Positions 17,124-27,198 of a stretch of DNA of 40,968 nucleotides are shown in pieces. The notes beneath the pieces were generated by a model. That model did no database searches. It was not told where the DNA came from and saw only the letters and a program-made list of their open reading frames with translations. This DNA is from a virus (lineage: Duplodnaviria > Caudoviricetes), in the IMG/VR virus record IMGVR_UViG_3300032087_001028, positions 1 through 40,968 of that record, one strand, 5' to 3'. Both the position numbers and the translations under genes were made by a program. How positions within the stretch are numbered: the stretch's first letter is position 1; each line of letters starts with the position of its first letter.

Positions 17124-18296
17124 ATGACGTTAATATCTGAAAACAATAGACAGTATTACGCAGGAACTCAAACGTTCATAGCAGATGGTGTTAACTTTGA
17201 TTTTACCACTACATTTAACACTGATTTAGTTTTTGCAACAGCTAATCCAACAAATGTTAATTGGCCTACAAATAATTTTTATTTAGAGGTTAGTATTGAT
17301 GGCGGCTTAACATATACACCGTTATATAATACGTATACAGTCTCTGGTAACACAGTTACTGTTACAGCTGGATTAGCCGCTGGTAATTATTTAAAAGTAC
17401 AGTTAACAGAAAATACTGTTTGGAATAATTACGGTGGTTATTCATATACTAGTTTAGCAGATGTTATAACTAATTATATGATAGCTTATGTAGGCGCTGG
17501 TAAATTAATACCAAGCGTAAAAAGAACAGATGTTATATTTCATGCTAAACGCGGTTTACAAGAGTTTAGCTATGATACATTAAAAAGTATTAAGTCTCAA
17601 GAATTAGAAATACCACCCAGCCTATCTTTAGTAATACCTCAAGATTATGTTAACTATGTTAGACTAGCATGGAAAGATCACTTAGGAGTATTACATACTA
17701 TACAACCAAATAACGGGTTAACAACAAATCCATATCAAAGTTTAGCGCAAGATCAAGATGGCTTGCCAATACAAGATGCTTTAAATGAAAACCTAGAAAC
17801 AACATCATTAACAACTAGAGCTTGGAAACAAGCTAACACTAGATTAATAACTGGTTGGGACGGTAATTATTGGAGTTATTATTCAGATTATTTTGCAGCT
17901 GATTATCCTTTATATTGGAATATAGTAGCTGGTCAAAGATATGGTTTAAACCCACAAACAAGTCAAATAAATGGTTGGTTTGGTATTGATGAAAGACAAG
18001 GTAAGTTTACTTTTTCTAGTAATTTAGCTGGTAGATGCATTGTAATAGAATATGTTTCTGATGGTCTTGCTTATGATTTAGATACTAGAGTACCTAAAAT
18101 GGCTGAAGATGCTTTATACGCGTATATAAATTACAATATACTAGCGTCTCGAGTTCGTATACCAGAATATATTGTACAAAGATATAGAAAAGAAAAGAGT
18201 GCTAAACTTAGAAATGCTAAAATTAGATTATCTAATATTAAGTTAGATGAAATAGTACAGGTTATGCGTGGTAAATCTAAATGGATTAAACACTAA
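17124..18296 (+). CDS. Putative tail ring (tubular) protein with an N-terminal beta domain
   Basis: KRGLQEFSYD, PQDYVNYV, IEYVSDG and AEDALYAYI segments; upstream of the muzzle gene. Confidence 0.6.
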   Translation: MTLISENNRQYYAGTQTFIADGVNFDFTTTFNTDLVFATANPTNVNWPTNNFYLEVSIDGGLTYTPLYNTYTVSGNTVTVTAGLAAGNYLKVQLTENTVWNNYGGYSYTSLADVITNYMIAYVGAGKLIPSVKRTDVIFHAKRGLQEFSYDTLKSIKSQELEIPPSLSLVIPQDYVNYVRLAWKDHLGVLHTIQPNNGLTTNPYQSLAQDQDGLPIQDALNENLETTSLTTRAWKQANTRLITGWDGNYWSYYSDYFAADYPLYWNIVAGQRYGLNPQTSQINGWFGIDERQGKFTFSSNLAGRCIVIEYVSDGLAYDLDTRVPKMAEDALYAYINYNILASRVRIPEYIVQRYRKEKSAKLRNAKIRLSNIKLDEIVQVMRGKSKWIKH

Positions 18297-18302
18297 AATT
18301 AA

Positions 18303-21300
18303 ATGGCAGAAATAAAAAATACTTTTCTAAAGTCCAAGATGAACAAGGACTTAGACGAAAGATTATTACCCAACGGAGAATATCGTGACGCGCAAAATAT
18401 AGCTATATCAAAGTCAGAAGATAGTAATGTTGGAGCTGCTGAAAATATACAAGGAACACGACTTGTTTTAAATGGTGACATTGGATTACAAATGTCTGCT
18501 GTATTAGGTGTTGGTGGTCAATACTTAAAAGCTTGTGGTCAGTATGTAGATGAAGTAAATAGTAAATTGTATTTGTTTTTAACTAACAATACACTTAGTA
18601 ATTTAAATTATCAAACTGGTTTAAATGTTAATCATGCTATTGTTAGATATGATTTTGCAACTGGTGATATATTTATTTATTCTGCTGGTAAGTTTTTAAA
18701 TTTTTCTTATGCTTGGAAAATTAGAAGTGTAAATCTAATAGAAGACTTATTGTTTTTTACAGATAATAGAAACCAACCAAGAGTAATAAGTGTTAGAGAT
18801 GAGTTTGCTACACCTATTGATAGGTTTACTAGTATTGCTGATTTAGCTTATACAACAGAAGATCACGTAACTGTTTGTAAATATGCGCCTCATAAAGCGA
18901 TAGATGTGTATAAGGAAACAGCGCCAGGTGTTTTTGAAACAACAATGACAGATGCTCTTACTCCAAATTTACCAGTTATTGTAGAAGCCACAACAGCTTT
19001 TACCCCAGCTGCTGGGGCTATAATAAACGTAAATCTTACGCTGCCTCCTTTTATAGCGCCTTTTTCTCTTCCAATAAATGATTTAAAAGATTTACAAATA
19101 TGGACTAGTGATGGTCAAATAACTCAAACAGATAATGCTTATGTTGTTCTTGCTGGTATTCCAGACGGTTTAGCGGCAAATGAAATACAAGTTGCCTATA
19201 GAGCTGGTGGTGCTCCAACACTTAGGTTTCCATTAGGAGTTGGATTATATTTTGGTCCTCAAAATCCTAACTTTGTAAACAATGCTGGAGTATCTACATA
19301 TGCTGGTGATGGAGAATTTTTAAAAGATAAATTTGTAAGATTTAGTTATAGGTTTAAGTTTTTAAATGGCGAGTTTTCTGTAATGGCACCGTTTACCCAA
19401 CCTTGTTTTATACCTGAAAATTTTGGATATTTTGTAGAAAACAGTGAAGAAGCAACTTATGAAAGCACTGTTGTTAACTTTATGCAAAATCAAGTTAATA
19501 AAATTTTGCTGCAAATACCTATGCCGGATGATATTGATGGAACGCAATTAAATGCTGATGAAATAAGAGAAAAATTAAAAGTATCTGAAATAGAGATATT
19601 GTATAAAGAGTCTGATAGTTTAGCGGTTCAAGTAGTTGAAACAATTGACTCGAGTGATTTAAATACTGCTGGTGCAGTTACTACTTATGAATATGAATAT
19701 CAATCAACAGAGCCTTTTAAAACATTACCAGAAGCACAAACAACTAGAGTGTATGACAAAGTACCAGTTAAATCACATGGTCAAGAAATAATAAGTAATA
19801 GAGTTGTATATAGTAATTTTCAAAACAAGCATACACCACCTGAAGCTTTAGATTATAATGTTGGTGTGTCAGCTAAGTTCGACGCTTCAACTATTGCAGC
19901 TACTAATAATTTAGGTGATTATGCTTTTTATGGTTATCCAAATCATACATTAAAACAAAACAGAACTTATCAAGTAGGTATTGTATTATCAGATAGATAC
20001 GGTAGAACTTCAACTGTTTTATTATCAAACAATCAAAGCTTTGTTACAGCGAGTGGAACTAATTTTGGCGGCGATACAATTAATTGGCCTTATAGAGATA
20101 GCTTTGACAACTTTACTGGTTCAGATAATTTATTGTATTGGCCTGGTGATAGTTTAAAAGTTTATTTTAATAACTTAATTAGTTCAACTAAAAATGAACA
20201 AACAGGTACTCCCGGTTTATATAATGGAGATCCATTATCAATTAATTATAATCCACTTGGTTGGTATACTTGGAAAATAGTTGTTAAACAAAAAGAACAA
20301 GAATACTATAATGTTTATTTACCAGGTATAATTAACGGACATCCTTTTGAAGCTCCTCAATTTAGCACAAACAATGAGGAGGGTGAAATAGCTCACGCAG
20401 TATTATTTAATGATAATATAAATAAAGTACCTAGAGACTTAAGTGAAGTTGGTCCTGATCAAACACAATATAGAAGTAGTGTTAGAATGTGGGGTAGAGT
20501 AACACCTCAAATATATGTAAATAATGATCCAAGTTCTGGTTTTACAGATATTCCTTATTACAATTCACAGTATTATCCTTTGATACCAGCGGATACAGTT
20601 TCAGCAATTGCTAAATTAAACGAATTATTTCAGACAAAAAAGACAGGTGGATCTGCAGTAGTTTTTAAAGATATTTATGAAGAAGAAAGCAATCCTCTTG
20701 TTGGAAGAATTATAACTAGAAAACCAATAGGTTCAATTGGTGATAATCCACCAGGTAATCTATATCCGTTTTGGTTAAGTGTATATGAAACAGCTCCAAC
20801 AGAATCAAGATTAGAAATATTTTGGGAGACATCTACATCTGGTAGAGTTAAAGATTTAAATACTGCTATTGAAAATAGTTTACCAGCAGGTTCACCTTCT
20901 ACATTAGAAAATTTAACAGGAGCTAGTAATATAAACTTTAAAGAAGACAGAGACTATACAGATCCAGCAACTGTATATACGGATGGTACTGGACCAATTA
21001 TAACAAATGACTTTTTTCCTGAAGATGCTGGTGGTGCAACTATAAACGATGCTGTGTCTATGACTATGGTTGTTGTAGATGGTGACGGCACAGATGTAAC
21101 TTCTAAATTTAATTTAGTTAGAACAGCTGGTACTGGCAATGGAGGACCAGCAACAACACCTAATGGTTTTGCTAACCCTGTATATGATACATTTACTATA
21201 CAAATAGCGGATTATTTTGTTTACTTAGAAAACTCTAATTTAAGAACTTTTCAAGCAACGTTTGATATTACAAACACAGTAACAGGTGTTACTACTTTTG

Positions 21301-22883
21301 GAATAAGCAGTCCATTTGAATTTTCATTAGATAATGAAGTGCCAACAGCAACTCTATTAGTACCAACACATTGGAATTATAATGAGTTTGTTCAGTATGG
21401 CGGAGGCGGACCAGCTAACAACCCAGTAATATCAGCTGTAAACGGAACAGCAGCGCCTAGTCCTATAGATGTTTTACAACTAGTGTATGATATAAGCAGT
21501 CAAACTCAATATGGAACTCCAGTTAATATATTTAGCATAGACCCTGGAACTGGTGAAATTAGTCAAAATCCAGGTACTATAATGTCTGGACCGTACAATA
21601 TACAATTTGCTATTACTGATGCCAATGGCATTGGATCAACTACCACGTTAACTGTTGATTGGACTTTTGGTGAGTTACAAGTTAATTGCAATATGATTCA
21701 AGCTGATTTAACAACTGCGCCTTTTCTACAAGGATCAGATGTAGGTGGTGTATTTTGGTCTAATAAAACAGGTACAACTTTACCTGTTGATTACAATAAT
21801 AACCCACCAGCTGGTTTTACTGATTGGGTTAACAATGTGCCTGCGCCTCAAGATCCTGTTAATATATCAACTATTAATACACCTGGATGTTTAGGTCAAA
21901 CAAGATCAGCTAAATCTTACAACGCGTCTTATGGTCCTAGCTGGTGTTCACTATCACCACAAGGTTTAATGCAAGGTAAGTGGTATGTTACTATTAGATT
22001 TACACAGTTAATAAACGGTTACGACGCGACGCTACCTGCAACTGTAGATGCTTTCTTTAAACTAGCAATACAACAAAGATCAGAACCAGCTATTGCTGGA
22101 CCATGGAACGACGCTGTTGATTTAGAAGGTATAAATGTTAATAGTGAATTTAATAGAGGAGAGTGGTTAATTAATTATCCAGGTGGTGTAAACCCATATA
22201 GTTTTGCAATACAAAATGGTACATTAAGAAATACAACTGGAGTTACTCCTACTTATCCTACACCTTACGCTGATGAAATGAAAATTATAGCGGATCGACC
22301 ACAGTCTCCAACTAGTACTCAATTAGTTTTAGATGTAACAAGAACATTTGTGTTTGATGGAGACAATCCAGCGACTAGAGGTGGATATAGAGTTATGGCC
22401 AATACACTAAGAGGTGATTTAACAAGATATGATTCTTGCTCAGCTAGTTACGCTGATGATAGTCAGGTTACAATGAGTGTAATATATGGTGATTTTAATT
22501 ACCCAAATGGAGCTACAGAAATAGCTTGGCAATATTCTGTATCTCAAGTAGCAGAAATAGATGAACAGTCAGCGCAAAATACAAGTAGTCCTTTTGTAAA
22601 TGTATACGCAAGAGAACCTATATTTAGATATGTAACAGAGTTTTATTTAGATGCTAATTTAACAACACCTTGGACACCAACTCAAACAGGTGCCAACACT
22701 TGGCACGCGTATAAAAGAAGATCAGGAGCTGGAACACCAGGTCTTTATCCAAACCCGTTTGGAGATGATAGAGCGGCAATAAGTAATGCAACAGTTTCAA
22801 GTACGCAAAATGATAGAAGATGGATTGGTCAGTTTAATGCAACAGGCGGTAAAGTAGGTAGATCATATCCAACAGTAAATTAG
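18303..22883 (+). CDS. Tail stabilisation/muzzle-like protein, N-terminal part with added beta-rich domains
   Basis: KMNKDLDERLLPNGEYRDAQN, LFFTDNRNQPR, RFSYRFKF and RTYQVGIVLSDRYGR motifs; 1526 aa. Confidence 0.7.
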   Translation: MAEIKNTFLKSKMNKDLDERLLPNGEYRDAQNIAISKSEDSNVGAAENIQGTRLVLNGDIGLQMSAVLGVGGQYLKACGQYVDEVNSKLYLFLTNNTLSNLNYQTGLNVNHAIVRYDFATGDIFIYSAGKFLNFSYAWKIRSVNLIEDLLFFTDNRNQPRVISVRDEFATPIDRFTSIADLAYTTEDHVTVCKYAPHKAIDVYKETAPGVFETTMTDALTPNLPVIVEATTAFTPAAGAIINVNLTLPPFIAPFSLPINDLKDLQIWTSDGQITQTDNAYVVLAGIPDGLAANEIQVAYRAGGAPTLRFPLGVGLYFGPQNPNFVNNAGVSTYAGDGEFLKDKFVRFSYRFKFLNGEFSVMAPFTQPCFIPENFGYFVENSEEATYESTVVNFMQNQVNKILLQIPMPDDIDGTQLNADEIREKLKVSEIEILYKESDSLAVQVVETIDSSDLNTAGAVTTYEYEYQSTEPFKTLPEAQTTRVYDKVPVKSHGQEIISNRVVYSNFQNKHTPPEALDYNVGVSAKFDASTIAATNNLGDYAFYGYPNHTLKQNRTYQVGIVLSDRYGRTSTVLLSNNQSFVTASGTNFGGDTINWPYRDSFDNFTGSDNLLYWPGDSLKVYFNNLISSTKNEQTGTPGLYNGDPLSINYNPLGWYTWKIVVKQKEQEYYNVYLPGIINGHPFEAPQFSTNNEEGEIAHAVLFNDNINKVPRDLSEVGPDQTQYRSSVRMWGRVTPQIYVNNDPSSGFTDIPYYNSQYYPLIPADTVSAIAKLNELFQTKKTGGSAVVFKDIYEEESNPLVGRIITRKPIGSIGDNPPGNLYPFWLSVYETAPTESRLEIFWETSTSGRVKDLNTAIENSLPAGSPSTLENLTGASNINFKEDRDYTDPATVYTDGTGPIITNDFFPEDAGGATINDAVSMTMVVVDGDGTDVTSKFNLVRTAGTGNGGPATTPNGFANPVYDTFTIQIADYFVYLENSNLRTFQATFDITNTVTGVTTFGISSPFEFSLDNEVPTATLLVPTHWNYNEFVQYGGGGPANNPVISAVNGTAAPSPIDVLQLVYDISSQTQYGTPVNIFSIDPGTGEISQNPGTIMSGPYNIQFAITDANGIGSTTTLTVDWTFGELQVNCNMIQADLTTAPFLQGSDVGGVFWSNKTGTTLPVDYNNNPPAGFTDWVNNVPAPQDPVNISTINTPGCLGQTRSAKSYNASYGPSWCSLSPQGLMQGKWYVTIRFTQLINGYDATLPATVDAFFKLAIQQRSEPAIAGPWNDAVDLEGINVNSEFNRGEWLINYPGGVNPYSFAIQNGTLRNTTGVTPTYPTPYADEMKIIADRPQSPTSTQLVLDVTRTFVFDGDNPATRGGYRVMANTLRGDLTRYDSCSASYADDSQVTMSVIYGDFNYPNGATEIAWQYSVSQVAEIDEQSAQNTSSPFVNVYAREPIFRYVTEFYLDANLTTPWTPTQTGANTWHAYKRRSGAGTPGLYPNPFGDDRAAISNATVSSTQNDRRWIGQFNATGGKVGRSYPTVN

Positions 22884-22904
22884 ATAAAATATAAGTGATT
22901 ATAA
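22875..22904 (+). promoter_or_regulatory. Candidate phage late promoter GTAAA-N12-TAAGTGAYTATAA (copy 2)
   Basis: Matches 6789-6818 with an identical 12-nt spacer. Confidence 0.55.
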
Positions 22905-22907
22905 ATT

Positions 22908-24383
22908 ATGGCTATAGCAGTAGAAGTAAATTACTTTAATTCCTTTTGGTTAAAAAGAGTGGCAGATCAAAACGCTAGTGCTACAATTGGATCTGGATCA
23001 AGAGGCGGCAACGTATTTCCAGGTATAATTGATACACCAGCTTTTCCATATTATGCTAATACAACAACTAATATAATAGAATTATATGACTGGTATGTTG
23101 AAGAGGCTAGAATTAGAGGAGGATATAATAATACTAATGTAGACTATGGGGTTAAAGCTTACTTAGAAGAAGAATATCCTCGGTCAGCAATTAGGTTTAA
23201 CTCTATGATTTATAGCGGTATATACAATGCTAGAACAGGTGTTAATAATACTAATCAATTTCCAGTTGGTGAAGAAATTATAAGAAGCGTAGATCCTAAA
23301 CATGGTAGTATACAAAAGTTGTACGCTGAAGATACCAACTTAATTATATTCCAAGAGGCTAAAGTTAATAGAGCTTTAATTGATAAAGATGCTATTTACT
23401 CTGCAGAAGGAGGTGGAACAGTTACTTCTTCTAATGTTGTTATAGGTCAAATAGTTCCTTACGCTGGTGAGTATGGTATAAGTAAAAATCCAGAAAGCTT
23501 TGCAGTGTATGGATTTAGAAAATATTTTACAGATAAAAATAAAGGATCTGTACTTAGATTATCTCACGATGGTATTACAGAAATATCAAGATATGGTATG
23601 ACTGATTATTTTAGAGATCAATTTAACTTAGTAGACAACGGTGTTGAAACAGGTGAGTTGATTGGTGCTTGGGATAATTATACAAAACAATATACATTAT
23701 CTATTAAACCATGGGATATGAGTTTTGATAATCAAAACTTTAATACTCTGGCTTTTGATGAGAGTGTACTTGGTTGGCCAACCTTCTATACGTATAATCC
23801 TGAGTTTATGTTTAGTGTGAATGGTAATTTTTATTCAATACCTAATCAATACGTAAGTGATCCTAATTATACTAGAGCAGATGGTAATATATATCAGCAT
23901 TATGTAGAAGGAAATGGAACAAATAGAAATACTTATTATGGTAATTATAGTGACTCAAGTATTACGTTTGTGTTAAACCCTAATCCTTCAACACAAAAAG
24001 TATTTAAAACTATTAGTTATGAAGGTAACAATGGTTGGCAAGTAGATTCTATAACTTCAGATGTAACAGGTTTAGATTTAATTAACGCTGTTTGGCAAAC
24101 CACAAATGATCAGTCAGCTCAAATATTAAGTTATAACGAAGGCGCTTATACAGAAGACAACATACAGTATCACGCTGGGTTTACTAGAAAAGAAAATAAA
24201 TACGTAGCTAATTTAATTAACAATTCGCCTGTGGCAGAAGGTGAAGTTATATTTGGAGTTGATATTAGCGGTATAAAAGGTTATGTAGCAACAGTTAAAA
24301 TGTCTACAGATTCATCAACAAATGTTGGTGGTGTTAAAGAATTATTTGCATCATCATCAGAGTTTGTTGTATCATCAATTTAA
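22908..24383 (+). CDS. Tail stabilisation/muzzle-like protein, C-terminal beta-propeller part
   Basis: GSIQKL, GEYGISKNPESF, YFTDKNKGSVLRL and KVFKTISYEG motifs. Confidence 0.7.
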   Translation: MAIAVEVNYFNSFWLKRVADQNASATIGSGSRGGNVFPGIIDTPAFPYYANTTTNIIELYDWYVEEARIRGGYNNTNVDYGVKAYLEEEYPRSAIRFNSMIYSGIYNARTGVNNTNQFPVGEEIIRSVDPKHGSIQKLYAEDTNLIIFQEAKVNRALIDKDAIYSAEGGGTVTSSNVVIGQIVPYAGEYGISKNPESFAVYGFRKYFTDKNKGSVLRLSHDGITEISRYGMTDYFRDQFNLVDNGVETGELIGAWDNYTKQYTLSIKPWDMSFDNQNFNTLAFDESVLGWPTFYTYNPEFMFSVNGNFYSIPNQYVSDPNYTRADGNIYQHYVEGNGTNRNTYYGNYSDSSITFVLNPNPSTQKVFKTISYEGNNGWQVDSITSDVTGLDLINAVWQTTNDQSAQILSYNEGAYTEDNIQYHAGFTRKENKYVANLINNSPVAEGEVIFGVDISGIKGYVATVKMSTDSSTNVGGVKELFASSSEFVVSSI

Positions 24384-24393
24384 ATTATATTAT

Positions 24394-24801
24394 ATGGAGT
24401 TTAAAGCAAGAGCTGTAACAGTTAAAGACTGGGACATGCTAGTTGAATGGTGGGATTGGTGGCCAGGTTGGACAGCACCACCACAAGATTTTTTACCAAA
24501 CCACGGTACAGGAGGTTTTATTGTAGAAAAAAACAATCAACCGATCGTAGCGGGCTTTGTTTATTTTACTAACTCTAAGGTGGCTTGGGTCGAATGGATT
24601 ATCTCTAGTCCTAATTACAAAGAAGATGACAGACAAGACGCGATAGAGTATTTAATTAATGAATTAGAACAATTTATAGTAAGCATGGGATATAAATATA
24701 TGTTTACTAACTTACAACATAAAGGATTAATAGAAACACACAAAAAATTAGGGTGGAATATGGACGAAAAACCATCCTATGAATTAACAAAAAATTTATA
24801 A
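24394..24801 (+). CDS. GNAT-family acetyltransferase-like protein
   Basis: GFIVE..IVAGFVY..AWVEWIIS..HKKLGW pattern. Lies just before the ejection genes, as in podoviruses. Start moved to the ATG at 24394. Confidence 0.6.
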   Translation: MEFKARAVTVKDWDMLVEWWDWWPGWTAPPQDFLPNHGTGGFIVEKNNQPIVAGFVYFTNSKVAWVEWIISSPNYKEDDRQDAIEYLINELEQFIVSMGYKYMFTNLQHKGLIETHKKLGWNMDEKPSYELTKNL

Positions 24802-24802
24802 T

Positions 24803-25525
24803 ATGGGAGCAGCAACTGCAACACTTGTCGGTATGGGTGCATCAGCTTTAACAAAAGGTATTTCAGCTGGTGTGCAGGCTAGAAGAGCCGCTGAAAGAGC
24901 TGAAAGAGCTCGACGCGCGTTAGAAAATTTTGAAAATAACAGGCAAGCTGTTATAAACCCATATGCTGGAGTAGAAGATGTTAGTGAGTTAGCACAAGAC
25001 TTATCTAATAAAATAACAAACCCTATGGCTGATCTAGCTGTTGCTACACAAGCAGCTGAGTTTGCTGCTGAAGAAGCTGACATTGCTTTAGCAAATACAC
25101 TTGATACACTACGTGCTACAGGTGCTGGTGCTGGTGGTGCTACAGCTTTAGCTCAAGCAGCATTAAGAAGTAAGAAAGGTATTGCTGCTAGTATTGAGCA
25201 GCAAGAAGCTCAAAACGAAAGACTAAGAGCTCAAGGTGAAATGAACGCTATGAATCAAAGAATACAAGAAGAAAGAAGAGTTCAAGGTATACAAATAGGT
25301 GAAGCGCAAAGAGTTCAGCAAGCAGAAGCACAAGGCTTAGCGTTCCAGTTCCAAGCGCAAGAACAAAGAGAACAAAATAAAATTGACAGGCTTTATGGAG
25401 AAATGAGAACAAATCAAATGCAACAACTTCAAAGCCAACAAGATTTAACAGGTGCTATATCAGGCGCGTTTGGCGGGGCGGCAGCTTTCGCTGCGAGTCC
25501 AATGGGCGCAGAGTTTTTCGGTTAA
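24803..25525 (+). CDS. Putative internal virion/ejection (pilot) protein
   Basis: Gly/Ala-rich hydrophobic termini and a Gln/Ala coiled coil. Confidence 0.65.
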   Translation: MGAATATLVGMGASALTKGISAGVQARRAAERAERARRALENFENNRQAVINPYAGVEDVSELAQDLSNKITNPMADLAVATQAAEFAAEEADIALANTLDTLRATGAGAGGATALAQAALRSKKGIAASIEQQEAQNERLRAQGEMNAMNQRIQEERRVQGIQIGEAQRVQQAEAQGLAFQFQAQEQREQNKIDRLYGEMRTNQMQQLQSQQDLTGAISGAFGGAAAFAASPMGAEFFG

Positions 25526-25536
25526 AATAAATAATT

Positions 25537-27186
25537 ATGGCAAAAGCAAATCCAGGTAAATATGTTACAGGTCCTATAGGAGCAGGTTCAAGTACAACTG
25601 AAAGAGAAATATTAGGTATTGCATCTCAAATAACACAATCATATGCAGTTACTCAAGAGCTTCAAATGAAAAGAGACGCTATACAACAAGCGCTTATTGA
25701 TAAAGAAAATCTTGAATATCAGAACATGTATAAGAAGATTAATGAAATACCTGAAACCGGTGTTGATAATCTTGATAAAAATATAAATTCTTTTTTCAAC
25801 GAAAATGCAGACAAAATATTTCAAATCAAAAAGCATATGAAAGATGGTAATATTAGTTTGCAAGAAGGTAACAAAGCTATATCTCAATTAACTAACTATA
25901 TAGACAAGTATGCTGATCTAGCTCCTCAGATGATAGCTCAAGCACAGTATATGAAAGACTCTATGAAAAACGGTACACTATCTAGAGTAAACGTAGACGG
26001 TTTAACAGCTATGATGATGGGTATTGCGGATAATAGTGCTGATATAAAGTTAGTTGAAAAAGACGGACTAATGTATTTAACAGGTAGTGGTAGTATAAAA
26101 ACTGCAGATGGAGATAAACCTTGGAACTATAATATTAACTTAGATGAGTTTAACAACATGGTTAGTAGAGAAGGTTATACTGTAGCAAGAACAATACCTA
26201 CAATAAAAGACATAGGCTTAGACGCTATGTATGAAGCTCAAAAAGCTTTAGTATTAAATGATAGAAACGTTGTTTCAAGAGAAAGAAGATATAATCCAGC
26301 TTCAAAACAATATGAGTACGTAGATGTTTATAATAAAGAAGAAGCTGTAAAAAGATTAGTTGGCCAAGGTGTTTTTAAAGATTTACTTCAAGGTAATGAT
26401 ATGGATACTGTATGGGCTGACATTATAAATAAAGGACAAGATGCTGAGTGGGTTAAAAATAATCCATGGAATCCAAATGATGCAACGCAAACTGCTATCG
26501 CTGAAAACTGGTTTGCAAACGAAGCAATACAAAGAAATATACCTGGTGATAAATTAATTGGTACACAAGAATTAGAAAAACCAACTGATACAAAAGGTGG
26601 TGGTGGTGTAGGCTTCGGTTCAGGAGGTGATGTTTATTTAAGTATAATGGGTATGGTAGATGAGGAAACTAGAGCTGCCACTTCACCCGGGCAGTTTAAA
26701 AAAGCTGTTATAAATTTAGATGAAGCAACTAAATATTTAACACAAGCATCAAAAGGTAAAGAGTTTTTTAGCTTAGCAGAGTCAGGTGGTTTGTTTAACG
26801 AAAAAAACGTACAATCAATTGCTGATGAATCAGGCATGTCTGTAAACAAAGTTAAAGACATTATTCAAAAATCACAAATTGTAAAAAAAGAGGGAGATCC
26901 TTTAATAGCGTATATTGAAAATGATGAGTTTAAAGTAATTCCTACAAGTAAATTTGACGGTACAGTAAAAGGAATGTTAAGTGTTATTAGAAATCATGCT
27001 GACTTAGGACAAAAAGTAGAAAATGAAATATTCTCTGTAATGAATAATATAGATCAATTTGGTGGTGATATACAATCGTTTAGAGATTGGTACGATGCCA
27101 CTGCCGCTGACGCAAAGATTATAGACGATGCTGAGGAACAAGCTATTCTTGATAAATATCGAATTACACTTGAACCACCTAATTAA
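25537..27186 (+). CDS. Putative internal virion/ejection protein
   Basis: 549 aa, helical; lies between the pilot-like gene and the giant protein. Confidence 0.6.
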   Translation: MAKANPGKYVTGPIGAGSSTTEREILGIASQITQSYAVTQELQMKRDAIQQALIDKENLEYQNMYKKINEIPETGVDNLDKNINSFFNENADKIFQIKKHMKDGNISLQEGNKAISQLTNYIDKYADLAPQMIAQAQYMKDSMKNGTLSRVNVDGLTAMMMGIADNSADIKLVEKDGLMYLTGSGSIKTADGDKPWNYNINLDEFNNMVSREGYTVARTIPTIKDIGLDAMYEAQKALVLNDRNVVSRERRYNPASKQYEYVDVYNKEEAVKRLVGQGVFKDLLQGNDMDTVWADIINKGQDAEWVKNNPWNPNDATQTAIAENWFANEAIQRNIPGDKLIGTQELEKPTDTKGGGGVGFGSGGDVYLSIMGMVDEETRAATSPGQFKKAVINLDEATKYLTQASKGKEFFSLAESGGLFNEKNVQSIADESGMSVNKVKDIIQKSQIVKKEGDPLIAYIENDEFKVIPTSKFDGTVKGMLSVIRNHADLGQKVENEIFSVMNNIDQFGGDIQSFRDWYDATAADAKIIDDAEEQAILDKYRITLEPPN

Positions 27187-27198
27187 AATTAAATTCAT

